DNA of 64,000 nt from Raillietiella orientalis (GCA_036172245.1 JAYWIR010000020.1:2046001-2110000), one strand, 5' to 3'; counted from the stretch's first letter, positions 1 through 11,883 are shown. Program-made: numbers and translations. The notes: generated by a model not told the origin, from the sequence alone.

Positions 1-87
1 TTCTCAGCATTATACAGAGGTGCTCATATCCTGACAAAGATACCAAGAGGGATGAAATCTGGCTCAGAGCACACCAGAGGTAGGGGG

Positions 88-89
<2 letters not shown>

Positions 90-123
<34 letters not shown>
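90..123. repeat. (GA)n microsatellite preceded by a G-run
   Basis: Directly visible (ga)n tract. Confidence 0.9.
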
Positions 124-127
<4 letters not shown>

Positions 128-995
128 ACGAAAACAGTCACTTGTTATCCTTCTGCATAGCGGAGAAACGCAGCTGAGATCTTCCCAGTATGCGAAGCAA
201 GAAATGAGGAACGAGGTTTCCAATGGAGTCTGTAAAATTTTAATCTTGCATCTTCGATTGCATAAATCAGTAACGGTTTGTTCACACCGATAAAGCAGGC
301 ACTTTTTGTGGCAGTTCTGCGCCGCTGGTGCGCATTCAGTTAAAGAACAGACGGTTTGTTTTTGTTTTTTCTGTCCCCCACCCACCCCATCTAAAGAACA
401 ACTTCAAAAGCAAGTGGTGAGCAGTGAAAACAACTCGCATTGTGTGCTGCGAAGGTTCCGTCATGCAGAGTTTTCGTCCCACAAACATCGGAATGAAAGC
501 CAACAGAAACCGGAAATGAGCAAGCACCCCCGGAAAAAGAAAACGAAAAGGTGTATCCTTCCTCAGGACTCGGTTCGTTTGCAATCACGGACTCTCAGAT
601 CACCGGGGTGGTGAAAGGATTGTGTGTTCCTCCTCTCCGTCCCGGAAACGGTGCCGTAAGCGCGGAAAAACTTTAGCACGCAAACTGCAACGAAAAAGGA
701 CGGGGAAACTGCAAGTTGCTGAATGGAGGGGGCAGAGAGACGCGGTGACCCCCGCAAGCAGCCACGGATTCTTGATGATGATTGAAATCAAATAGCAACA
801 AACGTATCGAACTCGAAGATGCACACGCCCTTTTGTGTTCGTCTCCCCGTCCCTGGAACCTGAGGTGTACTCGTGCTGGCATCGTTCCTGATGAAACAAA
901 TGGACTCGAAAGTTGAGATCCGTATCTTCTCTTCGACGAAACTGAGGCTGGAAACAATTTCTGGAAAGTATCACGGTGCGGCGCCGCGAACGGAA

Positions 996-1028
<33 letters not shown>

Positions 1029-1408
1029 CAGAAGCCATCACTCAGAGTAACGACTTGGCGAAGAGGCGCACATTCCTCCTGATCCGGAAGGTCGTGACGA
1101 GCAGCCTGGAAAAAGGGAGAGCGGGCGCGGAACGCACGCGCGCCATCGGATTGAGCATTCGGACCCGTTTTTCGGCGGGACGGCTCCGCCGCCCGTGCTG
1201 AGAGTGAGGTGGGCACTTTGGAAACGCGAAGGAAGGGAGGAGAGGGGGAGGGAACAGAATGGTTAATACAGAGGATTTTCAAGAGATGGCAGGAAACCGC
1301 AGACTGACGAGCTCGTGCTGCTCACTCCTCTCATCAGGCACGCACCGCTCGGATAGAATCGAAAGCCTTAAACAGAAACAAAGTGTCAAGACGTCAAAGA
1401 TCTTTGCA

Positions 1409-1491
1409 GCATCACCATCACCACCACCATGATCATCGTCATCACCGCAACCATCACCATCACCATCGCCATCATCATCACCGTCATCATC
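1409..1491. repeat. Degenerate (CAT/CAC)n trinucleotide repeat
   Basis: Reads as poly-His on + and Asp/Gly on -, with no supporting gene context. Confidence 0.75.
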
Positions 1492-2049
1492 GGTAGCATT
1501 ACTGCTCTTACCCAGGAACTCCGGATATAGGACTCCGGGTATCATTACTGAAGATTAAAGCATGAACAGCGGACATCCTTTATGAGAATGCTGTTGAGCG
1601 GAAAATAAGCCTAATACGTTGCCGGACTATTGAGATCCAGTGATTCACACCAAGAAATCCGGAGAATCGATGATGATCTTGAGAAAATTCTGTTGGGTGA
1701 TCGTCACGTTGAGGGTGAGCGTATCCCAAGGACGGGTGTGTGTTGCCACCTCTTCGAGTTCGGATAACGCAGGAATGAGCTGAGAATCCTCCCCCCCCCC
1801 TCTCCTTCCTCAACTTGACCGAGGAGGTTTCCGTGATCCCTGCTTTCGCCGGCTTTCGAGGACGTCCTGTCCTTCACGACAGGACCTTCTTCCGTCTCCC
1901 CCTGGTGAAACCAGCGTGGTATCAACTTTCACCCCGAGGTTGCAGCTGCGAGCAGCTGTTGGACTGCCGGAACGTGGGGTCGCGGGAGGAGACCATGAGA
2001 CGTTCCTACTGGATCGGTAGGCAAGAACGTGCGAGCTCACCCAGAGCGT

Positions 2050-2420
2050 GGAAGGAGAGGAAAGAACCCCCACCACCTCCGGATGATCGAGAAGGGAAGC
2101 GTGGTCTCCATGGCAGCCTAGAAGAGAGCCACCACTACAGAGCCCACCGTACAAATTCGACTACTCGAAAGGGGGATGCACATCTCATGCACATGCAGCT
2201 TGGTCGAAATGCACATCCTCCCGATACCAGGAGCGACCGAAGTCTCCTCAATGGAGTTCTGGGAGAGGACGTCCGTTCGTGGCAATCGCAGCAGCCTCGA
2301 GCCACGAAACATCTTCATCCCGGTCATCTTTCCGGACCCCATCGCTTCCGCCTTCATCGAAGTGCAGAGACTTCCCGTGTAGCAGCGGCGAACGCGTGCT
2401 TCGAGTACAGCGGTCAGGGA
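2050..2420 (-). mobile_element. Possible decayed Ty3/Gypsy integrase core fragment
   Basis: The minus frame, broken by stops, reads SLHFD..VSWLEAAAIA..VHFDQ..PFE*SNLYGGLC..LLG..DHPEVVG. This parallels the integrase pattern HID..SKWLEA..HSDQG..FES.LF..LC.LLG...YHPQSNG. Motif recognition only. Confidence 0.3.
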
Positions 2421-2614
2421 GAGCAGCGCGAAGTGGAAATCTACCATCGCGTGGATGTCGGCACATGAGACAAGGAGCGCAGGATGTTCAGACAAGACAA
2501 ACAGACACAGCAGACAGACGGTCAGTAGTCATCGGCCCTGGTTCCACGGTCCAGCCGCGAGAAGAACGTAGGGCAACACCGCCGTGCGGCGTAGGTTAGA
2601 GTTCCTCCCGCGAG

Positions 2615-2710
2615 ATGACGCTGGTTGGCCTACATGCATTCGGGTGAGGCGCTGGTAGCAGTTCAAACAGGATGCTTCCATGAGCGGCCGGGATTGGGAG
2701 TCGACCTTCC
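2615..2710 (+). mobile_element. Decayed LTR-retrotransposon RNase H N-terminal fragment
   Basis: LAYMHSGEALVAVQT, then after frameshifts DASMSG..LG. Resembles the LAY.D....VQTDAS..GLG motif. Confidence 0.4.
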
Positions 2711-2889
2711 GAGATCCTTCAAGCAAACATCATCATCGCCGTCTTCGTCGTCGTCGTCGGCGGCGGCGGCGGCACAGATGCCCACTGGACGAAAAGACAA
2801 AGAGAATATTGAAAGTAGTTGTGTAGTGTTTACCATGTACGGCTAGAAGAGGAAGCAGCTGTCCACACCCTCACCCCAGTTTTCCTTAA

Positions 2890-3005
2890 CGGTGGCTCGG
2901 AAAGCGCTCGAGTCGGTTGCAGGCGGCGGAATGCGCGAGGCTGGAGTCGATTGTTACCCGGGAAACGGTTTCAACCCGAAGAAGTGCAAATCCTTTTGGG
3001 TTCTT
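2890..3005 (+). mobile_element. Possible decayed reverse-transcriptase fragment
   Basis: ALESV..MREAGVD....FNPKKCKSF resembles L..V...LREAGL.LNP.KC.F. Confidence 0.3.
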
Positions 3006-4059
3006 CTGCCTTCGCCACTTTTCTTCCAGTTTCCCTTTTTTCTTTTCTTTTCTTTTCAGGTTTTTTTTTTTTTTTTCTGTTTTACCAAGTGCCGAAGAAC
3101 CGTTAGATTCCTTAGGGGGAAGCTCACGAAGATCCTTTAAAGACCTCAGCAACGCAACCGCCAACACGGGCTCCTGGAGTTTCGACTTCGGAAGCTGCTG
3201 GAACACACGGACTCTCCGTCCGTCTTCCCGGTCCTCCTGCTCTCCAGCTAGAGCGACGCGCTGCTTCGTGCTTTGCTTTTTCCCTCAGCGGGCAGCACGC
3301 GCACCGCGCGCGCCTGCGGAGAGGGACGCAAGGCAGGAAGACATCCCGAGATCCCGGCTCTTCGTCACTCACTAAGAGTTGGCTCTGGAGGCATGCAGGG
3401 AGGAGCTGCCTACCTTGCCAAGCCCTTTCCCCGGCACGCACCGGCTGGCCCCTCGTCCACACCCGCCTCGGAGGAGCGGGAGCGCACGCGCCTGTCGATC
3501 GCTCCTGTTGGCGCGGCGAGAAGTGGACTAGAGGTCACTTGTTGTCAGAGGTCGCGGGTGATCCTCACGGGTGGGCGCGCCGAGTGCCACGCACGAGCTC
3601 CTCCCAGCCCGTTTCAGCTGCCTCTCGAAGGCGGAGTCAGGCGCCCGGACCGCTCCGAGACAGCAGGCGACTCTCGATGGAATGGAGACCCGCGGCGTGG
3701 AACGCCTCTCGTAGCTCCCTTCCCCTTCCGTCCATGGTCTTTTGTTCTCCTTGACCTCAAGAGTGTCGAAAACAGGCAGCAGACATCCTGAAAAAGGGGG
3801 CACCGCGGAAGATTCCTAGTCCGACTTGAAGTCTCGGCCTTCGCGCGATAGGGAGAATGGAGCTCCAGCTCCAGCTTAGAAGATTTGCACGGATGACCAG
3901 ATAGGTGCTAGGTGCCATCGCGCCTACTCCTAAGACAGATCGAAGGCCGACTGTGAAGGGAGGTTAGCGACTCTGGTACAGCACAGCCACCAGGTCCTGG
4001 AAGGACACATTTTTTCCACTTCGGTCGTCGCGACAAGGAAGAACACTCGCTGGTTTCTC

Positions 4060-4200
4060 CACAGGCTGCCGTGCCCTGCCGCAGCAGAGAGCTCGACGCC
4101 TCCGCGCTTTCCCTGACGCGACAGCAGCGTTCGACCACGCTGCTGCGGCACTGGGGGGTTCCCGTGCACCTCAGCACGGACAGAGTGTGGCCTCAGGCTG
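4060..4200 (+). mobile_element. Possible decayed LTR integrase fragment
   Basis: LLRHWGVPVHLSTD resembles the integrase motif F.RWGVP..L.TD.GPQ. Confidence 0.35.
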
Positions 4201-5209
4201 CTCCACAGCGGACAGCGAGTGAAAAATCCCTTCCCGCTCACGCTTGTGAATTGAGCGAATCTGACCTGACTCCGCGCGACGTGATCGTGTCGCGGAAAGA
4301 GCACGGCGCGAGACAGGAACTCCGTTCCCATGACTGCCTCCTCCTTGAAGATGACAAGATCACACCAAGGAGATGAGGGTGGGCATTCTGCAGAAGACCC
4401 CAGAACGGTGGCACTTTCCCTCCGCATGAACAGTTATAAATTTATTTTTATTTTATTTTTTTCATTTCTTATTTTGGTACCCCTTCTCCTCTTTCCCCGA
4501 GGAGATCCTTACTGACAAGTGAGCTGGCTTCACCCATTGTCAGCACCCAGAATTCCTTGGACTTGGACAAACACTACTGTCCTACGATGCAGTTCTTTTT
4601 TTTTTCCTATCTCATTTCATTGTATTTTTTTTTGTATGTTGTCAGAGGTCGCAATGAGGGTCTCAGAGTAACCGGGTGCCAGTCCGTTTGGTATTGTGCA
4701 ACTAACGGCTCGTCTTGGCCTTGGTAACAGCCCGTGTAACCATTCGACAGGTCCAGCGCGGAGCACAAGTCGGCCCGAGAGGCAGCACGTCAAACGGAAA
4801 GGTAGGGGATGCATAATGTTGGCTCATTACGGCCCGCACGCGGCTGCCTCGTCGGACCGCTGGGCGTGGCTCCGCCAAGACCGCACGATGCAGCAGCCCA
4901 CCACCGCTCGAGTCGGAGCGTTTCCAAGTCGACGCCAAACTCCGTGCACGGCGTGTGTCGCGTAGGGGACGGCTCCGGGAGACAGGCACGCGAGCGGGCG
5001 GTGAAGCCCCGCGGGAGCAGCACATCTACGTACCAAGGGAAGTATTTTGGCGCTCCCGGCTTGCTCGGTTTGGATAGAGAGATGGCAGCAGCATTCGCCC
5101 CACAAGTCGGGAAGGCAGCGGTCGACTCCGTAGAGGTAATGGGGAACCTGCCCCGCTCGAAAATCGAGGAGTATCCCATCCAGCGAACCCTGGTTTGTAC
5201 TTACACTCG

Positions 5210-5447
5210 ACTCGCTTACTTTGATAAAATCAGAAATTTTCATTTTATCATCCCTTATAAATTTCTGTTCTAGTAAAACAACTTCTTCATAGTATTTAGC
5301 CATTCGACCATCTACTATTTTCTTCGTCACTTCTTCAGGTTTATTTACGCTTTTTACCTGTTCTTCAATTATAGAGCGTTCATTGTTCAACTTTGCTTGA
5401 TCTAAGTCATCTGTAGAGAGAGAGCTTCCGGGCTTCATAGCAACTAC
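5210..5447 (-). pseudogene. tsf: Fragment of bacterial elongation factor Ts, Wolbachia-like (nuclear endosymbiont insertion)
   Basis: Minus frame reads VVAMKP..LSTDDLDQAKLNNERSIIEEQVKSVNKPEEVTKKIVDGRMAKYYEEVVLLEQKFIRDDKMKISDFIK. This is the EF-Ts C-terminal region and is near-identical to Wolbachia EF-Ts as I recall it. It is an AT-rich island in GC-rich flanks, is truncated at both ends, and has compensating indels near KPGSSLS. Confidence 0.85.
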
Positions 5448-5529
5448 GGGTTCGCGGGTGATCAACGTTGGTGGATGGGAAAGCAGCGTGGACTTTGCCG
5501 GCGCAGAGTAGGAAGTTCTAGCCCGTGGC

Positions 5530-5549
5530 GTTGTTGTTGTTGTTGTTGT
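5530..5549. repeat. (TTG)n microsatellite abutting the right inverted repeat
   Basis: gttgttgttgttgttgttgt. Confidence 0.85.
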
Positions 5550-8500
5550 AGGTGCAAACCAGGGTTCGTTGGATGGGATGCTCCTCTTCTCGATTTTCGA
5601 GCGGGGCAGGTTCCCCATTACCGAATCGCAATCTGCAAGCCAAATAGTTGACAAAGATGCAGAGTGAGAGAAGATTCTGTTAAACTTATTAGGCTCCTGT
5701 TTGGGCACGGAGAACCAGTGAACAAAAACGGCGTGGATGCTGTGAACCTCCACGATCAGTTTCAGAATGCTTTGCAAAACAGCTTGACATTGAAGTGTGC
5801 AAATTGTGGATTTCCAAAGTGTTCTTGCGCGATTATCTAACCGTTTCAGTGGTTTTGTGGAATATCTTTCCTGATGACGAAGCACAAGCCTTCCCGGAGC
5901 AGAGCTTGGAGGAAAAAGGGAATCTAAATTCTGAAACACTTTGTATCTAAGAGCACAAGCAAAGAAAGTGGATCAAAAGACTTCCGAGAGCAGGTGCTTG
6001 CGCTTCTAGATGTGAGCTTTTCTTTGAAATACCATGATCCAACGATGGGAAGAGTTAATTTAGGAGTGGTTTTTGAATTCAAAGGAGACTTGAAGAATAA
6101 GTTCACCAGTGGAGGACCGTAAAAATGAGGGGGAGCAACGTAGTACGAAGCCGCCTTTTCTTTAAGGCCATTGCCGATTGGATTCATCGGATTTGGGGCT
6201 CGTGTTATCCTTATTTCTTGCTTTCCTTTTATAACTTGCTGGCGTATTTCTCAGTAGTTGCAAAAGGTGAAACGATGTTTATTTGTGGCAACCTTTGAGT
6301 CTCGTCCGATAGCTCAGGCACAGGAAAAATGCATTGCTCCAAGAAACAGCCGCAGTTCCAGAAACAATTGAATTCCCGATCATTCCGAGACTTCTGAAAG
6401 GCCTGGAGGCTAGAAATTCAGTGAGCAACTTACGGAAATGAAACAGAGATATCAAAGACGAAAACATCGAAAAGACTGGTGGATACGTCCATTCAACCTT
6501 AAGCTCTGAAGCTGTTAACAATCTTTCACATCCTTCCAGCAGCGCCCTCATGACCTGCTCCAAGTCCAACACTTTTGTTTCAGAACCAAGTTTTTATTGC
6601 TTACGTTTCAGAAATGATTCTCTGGGAAAGAAATTGGATTTGCGCAGTTCCAACCTTTGGAAGCCGAGGTGCATTCCATTTGGCAACATTTTTATATGCG
6701 TTTGTTTACACCATAAGTACAAGATATACAATAAAGTACACTTCGCAATGATAGCTTTCAGAGTTTTTCCAGTTCTTCTTGAATACAACATAAGTCATCT
6801 TGGGTTAAGCATGACTCATCTATGAAAATCGAGGTTCTTTTCAGAGGGGGAAACAGGGAGCGGATCCCTTACAGAGGTCCTTCTGGGAAGCAAATGACGC
6901 CTGGATCCTTCCGAGAGATGTCTCCGGAGATAATAAGGAAGAATTTTCCTTCGGGGTTCTCTACCAAGCGCGAGAGGAACGGACTCCTTCCTCTGGAGCC
7001 TTCCTGGGTTCATAGAGAGACCTCGAAGGGACCACCCTTCTTACAGATATAAGAATAGCGCCTTCTTACGGAAGTTTCTAAGATACATAAACCGAATAAA
7101 AGTCTTAAATGTCCCTTTCCAAGTTTAAGTAACTATGGAGATTTAAAGCTCGGATTTGAAGGACAGCAATTTCTGCAACACAGCGACAGGCACCATGTGG
7201 ATACTAACTATATTTGCAGTTTTAAGAATAATTTGTTGGAAGCACAGTTCAGATCGCCTCTGAAAAAAGTTTCAATCATTCTTGACATCGACAGGCCAAG
7301 TGCTTGCGAAATATTTAGAAAAGCCATCCGGAGGAACGTTCCCTTTTCCATTGGAATAAATGGATTTATGCAAATTTGAATTTTCAGAAACGACCATACT
7401 ATGAACATCGAAAGCGGAACACGACAGTGGCCTTCTGGAATAGTACACCTTGAGTGGAATCCAGAAAGAAAATTAAGCAAGAAAATGTATCCCGCACAAA
7501 TTTTTTATTTTTGCATTGGTTTTATTAAACAAGAACTAGATAGCATAAAAGGCTTTCTTACTTCAGGGAACATGTATAAGGACCAATGTTTCAAATGAAC
7601 GAATAAATCAGAGAAGGAGTGTGAATTTAATAACTCAGGATCGCTTTTATATATACATTCCGCCCTTTTGTGAGTTTGGATCTCACTGATGACTGCAAAT
7701 TTGGAGTCAACCATTAATTCATAACATTAAGTCAACCATTTAACATTCATTAAGCAGTTCCTTAAAAGAAATTAAAATTTCCAGGAAGAGCAGAATGGAA
7801 GAACGAAATCAACCCAACCTCACTGGATGAGTAATAGCACTATAGGAAATGAATGTCAAGTGTACAGACTATGAAAATCTACAGCCAACAAAAAGTGAGA
7901 TTACTACACTGTGAGTGCTCTGTTCGTAAAGAATAAGAGTGATGAAAGTGCTCCGGAGGAAGTAGTCACATGATCCGTCACAACAAAAATATAATCCTAC
8001 AATTAAGTTTTCTATCTGAAAGGATAGACTAGTTTCCTCTTTTCCTCTACAAAAGAATGTGAACCATAATTGGGATTGACTAGATTTGATCGTTTTCGAT
8101 CATTTTGAAGTCAAGAAATTCATCATTAGTGCGATGACCATCGCAGATCAAATGCAAATCAAAACAAAATCAGAATGAATGGAACAGTACATGATGCTGT
8201 ACATTTATTCAAATAATCAGGACTTGGAGTGAGGTGAACCGTGGCCTATTCTGAAAACATATTTACATTGGTGACGTACCTTATTTCACAATATTTATTG
8301 TGAAGTTATTGTGCTGCCGTCATGTCATTCATCAGTTGAATATAGGGAATGTTAAATGCTGTCACACATTACTCTAAAGTGTTGATCAAAATGCTAACGA
8401 GATGAAACACTACGTCCAATTTTTTCACTTCCTAAAAGCTCCACGAAAATTATTTCCGCATGGAAAAACCGCAAAACTACAAATTTGATATTTCTGATAT

Positions 8501-8794
8501 CATCCTTTTGATGAGCATATCCATGATTTTGGAATGTATAAAATAAAATTGAAAAAAATGACCCAAAAATTCACTTTTCTGGAAAATTTTATCATTCTTT
8601 TGAAGACTCGCAAATGAATATTCTCTCCAGCTATTGTATATCAATACACAAGACGAGACAGATAGGCAAGTAAGCATGCATAGGATGAGGGAGCATTCGA
8701 AACAGCAAAAAAAAAAATCCGATCGACAGAAATTTACAAATTTATATGAGAATTTCTCATTAGCTCTCCTTCGCTTTCCATTTCTCTCTGAATT

Positions 8795-9100
8795 TCATAC
8801 AGTTGACTATAAACTCGGAATTCTGAATCCAGGCTTGTGATGAGCACTCTGTGCAAGATTATGCAGTTTACATTTGATGGGAGAGAACTGTGAATCAAAG
8901 AATACAACTTGTTTCCAATACGGCACTTGGGTAATGAAAATGACAAGCATGTCAATGACTGATAACAATGAATATATGGATTTGTAGTCATTCATGTGAT
9001 TAGGAAAAGCCTTAGCAATGTTAGAAAACACTTTTAAAATACAGGGAAGTGCAACAATTTTCATGCTGTACTTTGGAAGATATGATGGATACATGAATGC
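8795..9100 (-). mobile_element. Decayed non-LTR retrotransposon (LINE) RT fragment
   Basis: KIVALPCILK...KAFP..MNDYKSIYSLLSVI...PGFR resembles WK.A.V.PI.K..K.P...DYRPISLLSV...Q.GFR. Confidence 0.4.
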
Positions 9101-9417
9101 TATCTCAATCTTTCCAATTTAAAACTAGAGAAAAAATCCTGAATAACATGTTCTAACAAGTAAAAAAAAATCACTGTAATTTCTTAACTCGTAGGTTGAT
9201 AATGTAAATTTTCTCAATATTATCCAAAAATGATGTTTAGAAATTTATGGAAAGATGAACAAATCTTTTTTATCTATTTTCAAAACTTCGAACGGTTCCT
9301 TTGTCAAAATACGAGAGATGAAAAGGAAAGTATGTTCAGGTATATGGCAGCCATGTTTTTTTTTAAATGAAAGTTAACGGTTACTTGCGGTAATTGATTG
9401 TGGAGTGTAGAGGAAAT

Positions 9418-11883
9418 ATGGGTCTACCAGAAGAGATTAACAAATTAACATGCGAATGCATGGATTTATTAGAAAAAGTGAAAAGAGAACCAGAAAAAAT
9501 GGATGATATGTTTGCTGAATTTTTCGTAGAAAGAGAACGCGATTTCCAGGCCAATCAGTGTTCCACTCTTCCAAAGTTTATAGGTAGTGAGATTAGAAAA
9601 GTGCATTTAATTTTCATTTTTTCTAGTCTCCAGTTGGTTGAACTCGAGGCCACTGGATTTTGAATCCGATTTAAGAGGGAAAGTGGTACTACTAGATTTT
9701 TTCACATATTGTTGTATAAATTGTATTCATTTGTTATCCGTGTTCAGCAGCATCGAAAAACGTTTAACATCAGAAGACGGTTTTGCCATTGTAGGTGAAA
9801 TTTATGTTGTGTAAAAATCTTATGTTTGGATAAGGTTGGAGTACACAGTGGAAAATTTAAAAACGAGAATGATTTGAATAATGTGAAATCAGCACTTGAG
9901 AGGTATGGAGTAACCCATCCCGTGATTTTTGATCCAGCCTTCAGGATTTGGAATGCATTAGGAATACAATGCTGGCCCACAGTAGTCTTGATTGGTAAGA
10001 TAAAAATAAAAGGAATCATTTGGAAAAGGCAGTTATTGCAGGACCAAAAAGACAGCTGTTGTTTGCCTGTACTGGAGAGGAGTACAAAGAATATTTTCAG
10101 GGATTAGTTGATTCTTGTTTGAAATTCTACGCGGAAAGACGAGAAATTAGTTATCATTCACTTTCACTTTCTGTCCCCACATCAAACCAAGCACATAATT
10201 TCCTTTTTTTCCCTGGGAAAATAAATGTATATGGAGAAAATCAATTAATCATATCAGATAGTGGAAATAATCGAATTGTGATCACAGATTCACAAGGCAG
10301 CGTGCAGGTGAAGTTGTTACAGTTAGGGGCTGTGTGAAGCAGTTATCAGTACATAATAGGATCAGGAACGGAAGGACATATTGATGGTACATACTCTGAA
10401 TCTCAGTTTAACAGTCCACAAGGGGTTTCCATATTGCCACCCACTTCCATTTTGGTAGCAGACACAAGAAATCATGCTATTCGAAAGGTTGCAATTTGGA
10501 ATTGTTCATCTTAATTACTTTCTGTTTTCTGGAAGATTGATTTGTTAGCACAAAAAGTTAGCACAATCGCAGAAAATCTGTGTTCACCTTGGGATTTGTG
10601 TCTCTATCCGGAAGATGACCCCTTTATGGTTATCATCGCTATGGCAGGTCCCCACCAAATTTGGGCTTACTTCTTGAAAGCAACAACTCTGTGGAAATGG
10701 CAAGTATACTCAACAATAGAGTGTTTTTGACATGCCTATAGTCATTATGATGCTGGAACCTATAAATGTATAGCTGGCAGTGGGAAAGAGGAAAACAGAA
10801 ATAACACTTATGCACTCCAAGCTGGATTTGCTCAGCCTTCAGGAGTTACATATGCTAGCAGTTTAAACTGCGTGTTTATTGCAGACAGTGAAAGTTCAAC
10901 AGTACGCTGCCTAAACATGCATAATGGAGAGGTGAAAGGCATAGTAGGTGGTGGCTTTAATCCATTGGTGGGTAGTCAACTCATTTAGTAGCTTTCTGTA
11001 ATTATGTAGTAGGATTTGTTCACTTTTGGTGACACTGAATGTGAAGAAGATGGAAAAGCTTTGCTACAGCATCCCTTAGGAGTGACCTGGCATAAGAAAG
11101 AGCATTGCTTATACGTAGCTGATAGCTACAATCACAAAGTGAAGGTAGTTGAGCCTATTAAACGAAGCTGCCACGATTTATGTGGTGCAGGTAATGCAGG
11201 AGACCATGAAGGAACACTGAGTCAGGCAATGGTGAGCTGTTTTGCTGATTTTTTCTAAGTATTGCTGTTCCTAGTTTAATGAACCTGGTGGACTTTGCAT
11301 GAGTAACACTAGTAACATACTATTTGTGGCTGATACCAATAATCATTGCATTAAAGTGGTGGAACTTGATAAAGGATGTGTAAAGAAAGTGAGTACCCAA
11401 CATGTACAATGTAAAAGAGAAAATTTACGTGTAAAATAGTTGAAAGTGGTAGACAAATTAAGGGATGGAGATGATAAGCCCACAGCCTCAGATGTAGTCA
11501 CACTACAAACTAAAGGAAGATTAACTTTAGTCTTTGATGAGTCGCATTTGAAGTATTTGAATGCAGATGCCCCAAACAAATGGAATGTAAAATTAAATGG
11601 TGAGCTGCAGTTTCTTAAATCATTAACATGCAACAAATTAGAGAATGAATGGCAACACTCATGTGTGGAGGGCCCAATAACAAAAGATACATCTATATCT
11701 TTTGATCTTCTGGCACCAGCTGGAAGCACAAGCACTGTGACACTATACCTGCTACTCTACTTCTGTGTCTCATCAGAAGAATGTAAAGTGCACTACTTCA
11801 AGCAACAGATTGAAGTGCAGGTGAAAGAAGATGCTCCTTCCCATGCAACCTACATGTTACCCATTGAAGTGCCTTCCCAATAA
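9418..11883 (+). CDS. NHLRC2: NHL repeat-containing protein 2 (thioredoxin-like domain plus NHL beta-propeller), 10 exons, about 686 aa
   Basis: Motifs [84 protein letters not shown]. Introns: 9584-9626, 9791-9834, 9995-10041, 10308-10349, 10488-10535, 10700-10741 (GC-AG), 10968-11012, 11232-11274, 11389-11439. The spliced length of 2061 nt is an open frame. Confidence 0.95.

Larger units (their letters stand above)
5135..5622. mobile_element. Inverted-repeat-bounded non-autonomous cassette (MITE/Pack-like) with captured filler
   Basis: 5135-5205 (ggtaatggggaacctgccccgctcgaaaatcgaggagtatcccatccagcgaaccctggtttgtacttaca) is the reverse complement of 5547-5622, apart from one 5-nt indel and about 4 substitutions. 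No transposase inside and no clear TSD. Confidence 0.7.

Noticed and set aside
996..1028. T15-A18 palindrome as a terminator or element end
   Set aside because: Homopolymer juxtapositions recur in this window (for example ~32868-32888) and are low complexity.
1409..1491. Poly-His metal-binding peptide
   Set aside because: No start or splice context. A simple repeat explains it.
4780..5060. Mariner-like transposase C-terminus (..PHAA..WAWL..QGKYF)
   Set aside because: It needs several frameshifts and the YSPDL motif is not recoverable.
5120..5635. Target-site duplication around the IR cassette
   Set aside because: The flanks ctccgtaga and gaatcgcaa share only 'ga'. No 8-9 bp duplication, so no superfamily is assigned.
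4827..5939. 370-aa ORF as a real gene
   Set aside because: It is a chance read-through of flank, both IR arms, a (CAA)n run and the tsf fragment. It has a non-ATG start, and only about 75 codons are recognisable.
7377..7379. TGA as selenocysteine or a genetic-code variant
   Set aside because: No SECIS or selenoprotein motif is seen, and GPAT, FANCI and LETM1 use TGA as a normal stop.
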